Part shown: positions 38,516 to 51,110 of the stretch, in pieces
How positions within the stretch are numbered: the stretch's first letter is position 1
Layout: each line of letters opens with the position of its first letter
Assembly: GCA_043228905.1 (NCBI GenBank)
Contig: JBHGNT010000001.1
Span: 11,594,001-11,658,000, forward strand
Reading direction: 5' to 3'
Source of the DNA: Azolla caroliniana
Lineage: Eukaryota; Plantae; Polypodiophyta
Length of the DNA: 64,000 bases
Notes under the pieces: model-generated
What the model was told of the DNA's origin: nothing
Database searches by the model: none
Seen by the model: the letters and a program-made list of their open reading frames with translations, nothing else
Translations under genes and position numbers: made by a program

Positions 38516-40044
38516 TGAACTGAGCAAAAATCAAATTGCTCTAAGATTTATGACATAGTAAAATATCACTACTACTGCTGCCATACATTGATGACAAAGT
38601 CACTATAAATGATACTCTGAAAAATCCTTGACTTGTCTTCTTGTGACATTCAAAGTATATCACAAAAGAGGTGTTTGCCAGACCAAATCATTAAGACAAT
38701 TCAACACCCAAGAAAACGAGGCTTCAAAAATAACAATAAGTAAAGCCAAAATTTGCAATGAACAATTGTATGCCGCAAATCCAAAACCGTACAAATATAG
38801 GACGAAATGCGAGCAAATTTTGACTGAAAAAATTATCATTATTTCAACTGATATTAAATGTAGATAAGTTCTGTTTAATCAATGATGGTTACAATATTTG
38901 CAACATGCCCATGTCACATCATATGTTATTCCCCAGAAATTTTCATATGTATCATATGTCATAATTGATATTAGTCATTGAGAAGGCAAATTGCCACCGA
39001 TGGCCTAGTTCTCGTCAACCATAGAATGCTGAAGTAATTCACCCCAAATCATGCAAGGGTCACAATGAGGATCCTAGTACTGCACCACGCAGCTCAATTC
39101 AGCAAGAACATACACGAAAAAAAGTAAAACATTGTCAATGATAAATATTTAAATATCCTGTCATTTGTCTTCAGATTACCCCATTAATGTTGACAAGGAG
39201 ACCCAATTTGCTTCCACTTATCACTTAATAATATATATAAAAGTTGTGTATGTTTTTGGATTTACCTAAAGAAAATACCAAATACAAGTTTTTTCTTTTT
39301 CTTTTTCTGCATACAAATTGTATAAAGAGTGGGTCCCTTGCAAAGAGAAAAGAAAGACTTCATATAAATTTAATAAAAGTCTTTGAATACTTCAAAATAA
39401 TGTTGTGCATAACTTGATGGAATCTTCTAAAAATAAGGTGTCAATTTTGGCTTCAAAACAAAATAGGGCTATATATGTATCATATCATATGTATACATTC
39501 ATTGCTAGACCTCTCATTGAATGAAGCCTCTTTCCTTTTTTTTCTCTTCCATGCTTAAAAATATGCACCATCCAAGCCTTTCTCCCATATCAAGCCTGAT
39601 ACCACATGCACAGAAACGATGATTTTTGTTAGTCTGGACTCTGGACTTCGAAATGAACAAAAAATCTAGGAGGTAAGATTTTGTGCCAAAAAATACCCTA
39701 AAAATAGAGAAAATAATCATCTTGTTTCTTAGGGGTAAGATATGTGTCAAAAATACACAAAAAATGAACTGTGAACAACAACCTTAAAAGTTAAAATGGA
39801 GGAAAAAACACAATCTGTTTTAGGGGTAAGATTGTGTCAAAATTACCTAAAGACTAGAGGAAACAAAGATTTTATTGTAGGTAAGATTCGGAGTAAAAAA
39901 TACCCTAAAACCTTAGAGAAAAATAAATCTTTTTCAGGGATAAGTTTTGGTGTAGAGAACAGCAAAAGAATGGAGAAAACAAAGTTTTTAGGGTAATATT
40001 TGGTGTAAAAGAAAACCCAAAGAATTGACAAAATAAAGCTTTTT

Positions 40045-43000
40045 TCAAGGTCTAGAGCCTAGAACTATGGTAAAGAAACATTGGTTAAGGTGATCTTTTC
40101 TGTGTAAATACCCCCAGAAAAGGTAAATATATGTATATATAGATATATTTACGGGTAAGAAATTATGTAAAAGAAAAAATAATTGAGGATTTAACAGTTT
40201 TTTTGGGTTTTTAACCTGGAGAGCACCAGGCATATTGCTCCACATACATGAGCCAAGCTCCCATGCATTGTTGTTAACATCATTGCCAAAGATAGTTTCA
40301 AGCCCGCCACTGCCATTGTCACATATCTCTATTCGTTCTTCTTCTTTTCGATGATAGAGAGGCAAACTATCAGGCCTTTGGAATGTGAGTAACGTGTGTA
40401 GCTCGTCGTCAACATAACCTCCGATGCTTTCATCTTCTTCAGTCGAAGGATTATATGGCCGTACTAACGATGACTCCTCTTTAAGTTTGCAGTGAGATTC
40501 ATCTCCCTTCACTGGAATGAAAATTTTCAACATTATATTCATTACCTTACCCTCACTTCTGTTATCACAGATATAATTTGATATTTCCAAAAGTCCTTGC
40601 ACATTGGTAAATTACAGCCAGAATGAAGGGCAAAAATGTAAGAAACGTTTCGCTATAACAAACAAATGTCGAAAACTTCTGATTTTTTAATCACTTGACC
40701 AGGTTATATATTAGTTTAATTAATAAACACCCAACCTTTTTAATAGTTCTATTGCACCCAAAATGAGGGCAACTTAGAAAAATAAAACATCCTAGACCAT
40801 ACAAAAGGACAAACTTGATTTACCTTGATGAACTTGATGTGAAGACGAGAGCTCATAATGTGCATTTGAGGATGAGGTCTCGGACTTGGCAGGTGTTATA
40901 TCCTTCACATCTTCATCAGTAGCAGTGGAGAGGAGGCTTAATGACCGACCACCCAAGAATGATAAAGGATCACTGATAGTCATCCACTCCGGATTTACAT
41001 TACCACTGCTTGAAACCCTCAATGGAGGTGTTACAGTATTCTTGGCCGTGTTGACCAATAAGATGTCATCTTCCTGCGGAGATGGAAGAGGGTCGAGATG
41101 AATGCAATGAAAACTCGATCCCTTCTCGAGAATTTCATCGAGCAGTAAGCTACTACTATCCACATCATCATTAATATAAAGGTTGTTGCTATTGCTATTG
41201 TTGTGGAAAGTAGTGTTTAGTGTCTCGTTGCTTAGAGAGTGTGTGGAGAGGCAAGAGCTGGGTGTACCAGCACTATCTGCTGACTCTGCCAATTGGACTG
41301 AGGGGAGCTCAACTTTCAAACCAGATAAGAGAATACTACTATTCTCTGGCTTGAAAACCGAGTAAGGGAAGCTGGGGCCGCTTACACCAAACTCGGCATT
41401 ATTCTTATTCAATGATATAGTGCTACTTGTAAAGGACATTCCAGTAGTAGTATTACTCATTATTGTGTGAATATCAGGAGGCTTTGGAATGCCATAGGAG
41501 GATGACGATGAGAAACTGAGACCTTGGGAGAAAGCATCTAATTTCAGTGGGTAGCTTGAGCCTCGAACATCAGGTGATTTCAAGAACAAATTTGCCGAGA
41601 AGTCGTTGCTCGATAAAGGCTGAGAGGATGGTCTACCATCTTCTCCAGTGCTTGAAGAGTCTCCATTCCGGGCACGTTTTAAGCTATGCACTGGTCCACC
41701 GATGAGTGGACTTGGGCTCATCCCATATGGGTAGTTAATTAAGCTTCTCCAATTCATGTGACTTTGATAGATTTTCATGTCATTTCTTGCCAACGACCCA
41801 TATGGGATGCTTGCTCCTCTCGATAAGCACCGATCATTCAGGCTACTAACGTTAGGAGGAGTGACGTGCGCTTGTTGTGCTTTCGGAGCATTCAATAAGT
41901 CGGTATCTTTGCTCATCGAACTACCAGTTCCTTCCGACTCTGCTCCTTTTGTGGAGCTAGGACTTGATGTGCTGGTAGGGTCAGGAGGAGAATTAGAGGA
42001 AGTGATCACATCGGTCGGGTAGAGAGGTAAACGAGCCCGGATGTGCCTTTTCATCCTTGTGTTCCAAAAGTTCTTGATCTCATTGTCTGTGCGCCCCGGA
42101 AGCTGCGAAACCAAGTTATGATCAAGGTTAACGATAAGGTAATCAAATTGACTTGCTGAAATATAAACGGTTTCAGCAAAGCAATCAAAGCATTAGAAAA
42201 TTGAGCTCATCTGTCACATTTTCACAAATTATAGCTTTTATTTGGCAAATATAACCAGACTTTATACTGGCCAAAAGCTCCTAAAATGCTTGAGAAAAGC
42301 TGTCTGGCAATATATATCCCCTATTTTCCCCCTCGTGTTCTTTTATCCACTTACTATCATTCATTCGTTCACTCAGCCAGTCACTCTTTCATTCATTCTG
42401 CATTTCATGCACTCATTTACCAAGTCAATTTAAATTCACTTTATGGTAACCCTAAACTTTTTCCTTCTTCCATTCTACTATTTATTTCTGTCATTCACGC
42501 ATTCGGTCACTCACTCATTGATTCAACCATTTATGCTTCAATTTCTACTATGTTAATCTCTAAACTGATTAGCCAATTGATATATTGTTCTAGCTTTGGG
42601 ATGTTATCCCTGAATGCAAAATCATGAATAAGAAGCTTACATTACTTTTCCTATCTATATGCATATACATAGCTTAAATGTATACAATCTCTAGAAAACA
42701 TGAGTAAACCTGGTGGCCATACTACTCTCACAAGAAGTCTTAAGAGACATTTTTCCTCTATAGTTCCTACTGTATTTAAACACCATAGACAATGTTTCAT
42801 CGTGAAGAAAAGTGGGTTTTCTTCACCCACATTAGGAAAAATCATCTCTAAAAACATTGTGGATTTTATTAATGAAAGCGTTAATAGAGTGAGATCCGGT
42901 TACCATGGTTGCAATCCGAGCCCATCGGTTACCTAGGGCCGCATGTTGTGTAATGATGACCCTCTCTTCTTCAGGTGTCAAGGAACCTTTCTTTAACCCG

Positions 43001-43359
43001 GGTTTAAGATGATTGGTCCATCGCAATCGGCAACTCTTTCCACATCGCCACACACCAGACAATTTTTGCACTGAATTCCAATTCCCTTCTCCATACTTGT
43101 CCACATATGCCATTAGAAGTTGATCCTCAGCAGCTGTCCATGGCCCTTTCTTCATCATAGTAGTTGAACCTTGCGCATCTTCCTCCACATCTTCTTGCTC
43201 TTGCTTTCGTTTTAGTTTTTCCTCTTCTTCCTCTTCCTCTTCTTGCTGTTGTTGGCTTTTATGGTGTACTGCTATATCTTGTTGTTGCTTATTGTTGTAG
43301 TCAGTATGGATCATGTGATAAAAATGCCGCCGGTGATCCCTTTGGTGTTGCTCCATCAT
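40045..43359 (-). CDS. GAMYB: GAMYB-like R2R3-MYB transcription factor. Exons: 43359-42904, 42102-40824, 40511-(40216 or the read-through stop at 40045)
   Basis: R2R3: KKGPWTAAEDQLLMAYVDKYGEGNWNSVQK..RCGKSCRLRWTNHLKP..GNRWARIATM|LPGRTDNEIKNFWNTRMKR. GAMYB boxes: LPLYP, KVELPSVQ and WSNMPG. The 3' end is uncertain. Confidence 0.93.
41293..41312 (-). promoter_or_regulatory. miR159/miR319 target site in the GAMYB coding sequence
   Basis: The + strand reads ttggactgaggggagctcaa, compared with miR319 UUGGACUGAAGGGAGCUCCC. It encodes ELPSVQ. Confidence 0.88.
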
Positions 43360-44491
43360 CCAACGGAGTCAGCCCAACCCCAAAGGAAAGCCAGTTTATT
43401 TATTAACTTAATTTAATTATTTATGGTCGATGCAAATTCTCGTTATTAACTATGTCAAAGAATCATGATAATGGACTTGAATATTGTTGCTAGAATGATT
43501 TAGCTCATGGATTTGCATTCCAAAATCTGCATAAGAAAAAAGAAAAGAAAACATCACTATATGATATGGGCTCCTTTCTTTGATTTTAAGTATAAAAAGA
43601 ACAGAGTAACAAGAAAAGCATATTAAGGTTATGAGCATCGGAAAACAAAAACGTACATTTAAGTACATAGAAGACATAGAGAAAAATATTATAAGCAAAT
43701 AAGATCTTGATAAGCGCAGATATATACATCCCTAACCAATCGACTTATATATAGTGAATTTGAAAGAAATAAGAAATAGAGTGAGAATCGGAGCTTTTTA
43801 TAATGGAAGCGAAAACCAGAGAAGAAAAGGATATATGTGCGTGTTCCTCTTGGTTGAGGATATATAGAAAGAAAACACATGAATTTAGAAATGAAGAAAA
43901 GCATGAAAAACAGGGATCATTATAATGGAAGCAAAAAAGAGAGTAGAAAAATGGAAGAGAATAAACTTACACGCATAATCCTCCTGATCGGGGAGAAATA
44001 TAGCAAACAAAGCCCACATGAAATTTATATTCATATATTGAACTCGATCGAATTGAAGTGAAAAAAAGTAGGGCGACAAAAAGAGCTCATTATTGGAGAG
44101 GAGGCAAATAAATAAACAAAGTAATGGATTTTCTGTATATAGACATAATTAAAGAGATGAAGGGGCTGTCTCACACTAAGTGATGCTGGTCGGGTACCCT
44201 GAGATTCAAAGGAAAAATACAGGATTGAACCAAAAGACGAGGAATGAGGGCGACTGAAATGGAAACCACAAAAAAGAAGAAGGCAGAAAGAAAGAAACCA
44301 AAAGAAAATGGAAAGAATGGGAAAAGGCAGAAAATTGTAGTTCCTTCTTTTAGAGAGATTTCCATCTCTTTTCTTTTCTTTTCTTTTTTTGTTTTGTTTT
44401 GTTTTTGGAACTCAGAACAAAGGAAAAAGTGATGATCTACGAGTATAATTTATAGAGGAATTATTACCAAAGGAAACAGAGACAAAGGAGG

Positions 44492-44494
<3 letters not shown>

Positions 44495-44533
<39 letters not shown>

Positions 44534-46830
44534 TTACCCACATGATATGTACATATACATAGGAGAAATCAGCTGATAGGAGTGATCATTGAAGCCTAAT
44601 TCAGCCAATCTGAAGAATAAGGAAGGCGTCAAAAGAAGAAGCAGGGGGGGGGAAGAAAGGCAAAAAGAGAGAAAGACAGACAGAAAGAAAGAAAGAAAGA
44701 GTCATATATGAAGCACCAAGGAAAGAAGATACGTCTGAAATGGCAATGGCAGAGTTTTCTGAGAGAAGAAGAAGAAGAAGATGATGATGATGATGAAGAT
44801 GAAGAAGAACAGAGTGAATTTGCAGAGAGAGAGAAAGAGAGATTGTATGTGTGACGGTGGTGGTATGAGAGAGAGAGACTGTATCAGAAATTTTTATTTA
44901 TTTTTCCAATTAAATATATAAATAAATAAATAAATAAATATATATATATATATATATATAATGGAATAAAGAGAATTCTGAGGAAAAAACAAAACATGAG
45001 AAAAATGGAGCCTTTTTGTTGTTTATTTATTTTTGGGGGAGTTTTTTGAATTCCAGATTTTGGAGAGTTCTGCAGGGGAGAGAAAATAAAAAAATAAAAA
45101 AATTGTACAGAAAAAAGAAAAGGAGAAGAGAAAAAATAAAAACAAAAAATAACAAAATATATACGTGTATAATGTGTGTATAAGGATGGATTTGTACGTC
45201 TTCCTATGTACGTATTCGAATCCGTATGGATTTGGGAGGTATGTTGGAGCCCATGCATAATAATAATAATAGTACCACCATCCCAATAATCTGTCTCTAT
45301 ACACGTATGTGTATGTATGTATGTATGTATGTATGTATGCATGCATGTATGTGTGAATGATAGTCACCCAGCCAGACACACACGTGTGGTGAATGCCACC
45401 ATCGCCTTAATGTGTTCTTCTTCCACATGGGTGTTGGTTCTTTCCATCCATGTGGGAGAACACATAAATAAGACCGACCCATCCCATCCACCATATATAC
45501 ATACATACATATGCAACCATCCCATGCATGCATCCATTTTTTGCTTGCACCTTCCACTGCCCATCCATCCATATACGGGCCAGATATATATATATATTTG
45601 AAAACATACATACATACATACATACACACTACTAGTTAGTATGTATATTAACACGTGACCACACGTGCAGCACCAAAGAGAAAGCACGAAGCAGTAGGGA
45701 TTTTGCTTCTTCTCCATTTATGTACATACATACATATATATATGTATGTATGCAATCAAAAAATGTGGGTAATATATATGTGGGGTGCATGTGCATGCAT
45801 GCCATGCATCACTCTCACGGACTCACACGTGCAATCACTTTACCTACATCCACTTATTATGAACCAACATCAAATCATAAATGGTCGATCATCCATTACA
45901 CAACACACAACACACACACACACACACTACATAGACATAGACATAGACATGGATCGACTCACACGCATCAGCATGTACATACATGATACATGCACGCACG
46001 CACATAAGAGATACACATGACACATCCACCCTCCATCATGCATACACACAATTCATGTGTATATGTATGTATGTACATACATACATACTACATACATTAC
46101 ATATAGACATACACATATACATGAATGCTTAGACATAAGAGAGAGGGGGGGGGGGGGTCGGTCCCACACTACCACCACCATCACATTCTTGGCAATCCAT
46201 CCATTCGCATTTGTTTAATAAATATATATATATATATATTTATATATTTATCAGATTATATGTATGTATATAATATGTACATACATACATACACATGCAT
46301 AAAGAGATGAAGAAGACGAAGAAGAAAAACAAAAAAACTAATTTTGCAAAGGAAGTGAATGCATGGTAAAGGGTATAATGGGTAATATTAAGTTATTATA
46401 TATGTATGTGTGTGTCTTTTTTGACAACTTTTTGTCGTTGTTCGAATGATGGATGCATCCAAACCATGTATGAATAATATGAACAAACAAAAAAAATATA
46501 AACATTATTATGTAAAACCTCGTACCACTTAAAAAGAAAAAAATCTCTATCCAATGCCCATCCCCCATCCCAATGTATGTATTGTATGTATATATACAAT
46601 ATACACATGCATGGCATGTGTGTGTGTGTGTGTGTATCATGGGGTATGTATACCTTTTCCTTATTTGGAACACATGATTATGGTTGTTTCCCCATTTAGG
46701 AACCCCCTCCCCTCTCAATAGAGAGAGAAAAGAAAGAGAATATTTTCTTCATCTCTCTCATTGCATTCATTCTAATAAGAAAGGAAGGAAAAGGTGACAT
46801 TGCTCTCTCTCTCTCTCTCTCTCTCCATAA
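44495..46830. repeat. Microsatellite-rich 5' UTR/promoter region of GAMYB (GA, GAA, GAT, TA, TACA, CA)
   Basis: Simple repeats are visible. A donor-like G|GTAAGTT on the - strand at about 44537 suggests a non-coding first exon. Confidence 0.75.
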
Positions 46831-49800
46831 TTGTTTAGGGTTGTCTTGGGGGGGTGTCGAAAGGCTTGTTCCATCCAGCTCCGCTTCACCTGTCGCTCTC
46901 GAAGATCACAGATATAGAAAGCCTTTTTATGAGATAATGCTACATCGTACAACTTATCATCCCATTCCCAAAAGGATCTCTCTTTTTGTTTCCCCCCTTC
47001 TTCTTCTTCTTCTTCTTCCATAAAAGTAAGGTTGGACTCACACTTGGATGGAGATTCGAAAATGCTCTGTGCTCTGTGAAGTGTACCGTGCTTTTCACAC
47101 CAGGCAAAACATGCCATACATATTGCCTTGTTTTTTTGCTTGGTTCCTCTAGAGGTCAATGCATTTTTGTAACTCATTGAATTTCACAATGAGTGTTCAT
47201 TCATATGCTCATTTTCAATTCTTTTCATACTTAGTGTAATTTGAGCCTAAAGGTAGCAACCAACGAGAGTATTGATATAATAAAAAAGGAAGCTATGCCT
47301 CCATTTACATAGTTATGCACTAGAAAATAGCTCAATGAGGGGAACATAAATCAAAGATGACACTCAAACTATGGTTTTCAAAAAAACTAAATTGTGTTCA
47401 AGGTGAATATAATTTCCATTGGCCGACTCAAGTCTTCATAAATCAAAGATCACCTCTGCCACTTGGAGTGCGCATTTACTACACAATTACCAATGAGGGA
47501 TGAGCATTCATAAATTTGGTAAATGACTTTTATTTTTTATCATTCCACCTTTGAGGCATGGAAGATTAAATCAAGCTTTGATTTCCCCTTAGGTGTTCAG
47601 CATTAAACAATATCCTCTCCTGGAAGTTGGACTTCCTTGTTTCCCTACTCAAACATTGCAGATAAAGACTTATCCCTTGTCCCAAGAATCTGATGTGTTG
47701 TCATCGAAAGTGATTTGGTTTTCTAAATGTCAATCTACAAAAAAAAAAACGTATTGAATAACTATTTGTATGTCCACATTACAGGTGTCCGAATATGAGG
47801 CATTTCACATATATTGGAATGATACTTCTATAATCAAGCAGAATTGAACATTTTCTAACATAAAACAAAATTACATATGCCATCTATGATCTTCAGTGAA
47901 AATGATTAGTTGCATGACATTATACTCTACATTATCTTGTCAACAATTCAATTGCCAGCACGCGATAAAAATGCATCTTTCTAAATCTTCTTGTCTCTTA
48001 CAATCTCATATTTCTACCATCACCTCATGTACATGTGCTCACCACCCTATAATGCCTTTGAATTAGACAATCTCTCACCATCGTGTCATTACTTTCTTTA
48101 AACTAGTGCACAAAGGCACGTCATCCAAAGTAACGATATTTCACATAATGCTTTATTTGTTTGAAAAGGCACTCTATGTCACACTACAATTACTTGCAAA
48201 TGTGTGCTTTTCGTGCACACAACAGTGTGGACATCATATGGTGTACCATTTAAATTTCACAACAAAATTATCTTGTGAACTTGATTCTAACACCTTTTCC
48301 TCATTCCATAACATAATAACGCTCACACAAACATGTTGACTGGAAAGATGAGGAATATTCTCTTTACCAGCTTCATAAACAGTACAATGACCTTTTCATT
48401 ATCATAGAAAGACAAAAAACAAATGCATGTGATTCCTAAAAATCGTCAATTTTATGCTCCGAATGAGTTCCCCTATCTTCACCTCATGAGATATGTATTT
48501 TTACCCATCAATATGTTAAAAGAGTGATGTTATGAACAACTTGGATATATTCCTTTAATGTTGAAATACATAATTTAAAGATAGATACAATCTCACTACT
48601 TTGCATGTTTGCGTTGTAGTTCCATTATATTGGATGATTGTCTCAATATTCAAGCCTATATATTTTCCATGTTAGATCATTGAAAACATAGATAAGATTT
48701 GCCTCCGGTTACATAGCTTACAATTTTCTATTGAAATCCTATCATATCTTAATTTGAAACACATTGTGTTTGGGTCATTGTAAAAGTAGACGAGATTCAT
48801 CACCCAACAATTAGAATTTATACCAAGCCCCTTGGCAACAACAAAACTTTATATATCTTTTTCCAACACATGGCTAGAATTAGGTTATTAATTGTATTGG
48901 TGTTCCAATGCCAAAGGCTACCATTGAACAATCGGTTAGTCAATTGTACTTAATGGAGTGATAACACTAACCCCTCTTTAGAAGAGTTTTCATCAGGATA
49001 AAAAATTACAAAACATTTCATCAAATGTTGGTATACCCCATGCTTATGCCCATACATGCCCAACTATGCATGGACACACCACAAATTCATATAGCTATCA
49101 TAAATGTTGACACCTTATGCTCTTCACACACGTGTGTGACATGCTATGTTAAGCCCATCCTAGACGCATTGTGATGCCATGACTATATTTCAACATTCTA
49201 ACATCCTCATAAGAAGCAATATGATGCGTAACTATTATCCATAACAACGTGATTAACGTTTATGATCCAATTGTTGCTTTTATAGGAATAAATTTACACG
49301 TCATAATGTATAAAATAAAGCAATCTACAATAATCCATATACATCATGTCCTCTCCAGATTTGTTGTAAACCCATGATACAAAATACCATTTTGGAATGG
49401 AAATTTCAAGTCATGACAATAGTTCATCAACTTTAGACATTCCAATTGTGTTACTTTGCATGAGTGGCATTTGGAAAAGCCACCTTGTAAGAATCTAATT
49501 AATGCTAAGGCAAAATAAGGAGAAAATAGGGAAGAAAGAGTGTTAGACCATCAACCACCTTCAGGCAAATGTGAGAGTTGGATTTGAGTCCCTCATAGGT
49601 ATCCTGTACCACTAAGTTTGAACAAGGATTATACCTTGGGTTTGAAGAAGGACGCACATGTGCATAAGCTAGAGCTTTGCGAGAGTCTCTATCAAAATAA
49701 TAAAGATAACCCACTTCATAAAGGAAGCTAATCTTCTCATATAGGCTCAAAGTTCAAACCATAGGCCATTGTTTGTATCACACTTGTCCGCTTTATTAGA

Positions 49801-51110
49801 TGTGACCAAGTGACAAAACATGCTAAAGTTATTTCCCATTGTAGGATTAAGGTATCTCAATCCTTATCCGAATTAGTCCATACCTAATTGTAAGGTTAGA
49901 GAACTATGATTACGATTACGATCATAACATACTAAAAGACCACACTCTTGAAATTAGTTTTAGGAGCATCATCTCGCTTGTAGATAACATCTTTGATAAA
50001 ACCATCCATTTATGTTATTTTAAACACTCGAATATGCTTAGATTGTACGCATTTAATTTTAGAATCAAGAATTCTTTCTAGCATGTGAGGTTTGGATGCC
50101 AAATCCTCAAAGTAACCAAAGTTTTATGAAAACTAAATTATGGTCAAAACCCAGGAACTCTTTGAGATGACTAATATGAAAGATAGGATGAACTTTGATG
50201 CCAGTCGGAAGGCCGAGGTGATAAACATATAAACTAATACACTTGAGCATTGTGAAAGGTCTATAAGAAATATTGAGAATCGGTTAGATATGCATTTTGA
50301 GTTACAATCACATAGATGTATATCTGAAAACAAACTTTCTATTACATATGAGAGTAGTGCACAATGGTAGTGCACCCATGTGTGCACACCTTAGAGCTTA
50401 GATGGGATATGGACTAGTTGACTACAAAATTGCCAAGGAAATATAATAGTCACATTCATTGTGTAAGAGATAGAGAGAGTATATTATATTCATTGTTTGG
50501 TATCTATGTCATATTAAATGTGTAAGTCAGTTGATAGTAGTGGGGATATTCCTTTTTTGTCAATTGACTTATTTAATATGACCTAGCTCCCTAGATACAA
50601 GCTAGAGATAGATAATACTTATCTTAAAGTTAATGGCACATACTTCAAGACTAAGTGTGTATCTTAATTTTCCCACAAAATATTCTTCGAGTCGACCATA
50701 GCGAGTAGATCTTATTGCCTTACTTCCTTCTTTTCTAAATACATTCCATCCTCTCATCTATGACTTCCTACATTGACATCTTATCGATCCATATGGTCGG
50801 GTAGCATAAAGCTACTCCTCATTTGGGGCACTATCACAAAATTTGCATTCTAAGAATACATGTTTCATGAGTAGATAAAACCCCATGAGCTTTAGGGTGA
50901 CTCAATATTGCAATCTCTTCATCAATGAGCTCTAGTGCAACAAAACTCTCCCAAAGAACCAAAGAATTGTTTGCCCAGGAAGTTCAATGGTAATTGATCA
51001 TAGTTTCGAGGATTTCTAAACCAAGTGCGTCTAGTAATTCATATGCATCCTAACAAATATCCAATCGATACAATTCGAATTGGACTAGATGGAACTCTCT
51101 TGACAGGAAC

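Noticed and set aside
44884-46718. Cluster of ORFs upstream of GAMYB
   Set aside because: Low-complexity simple-repeat artefacts.
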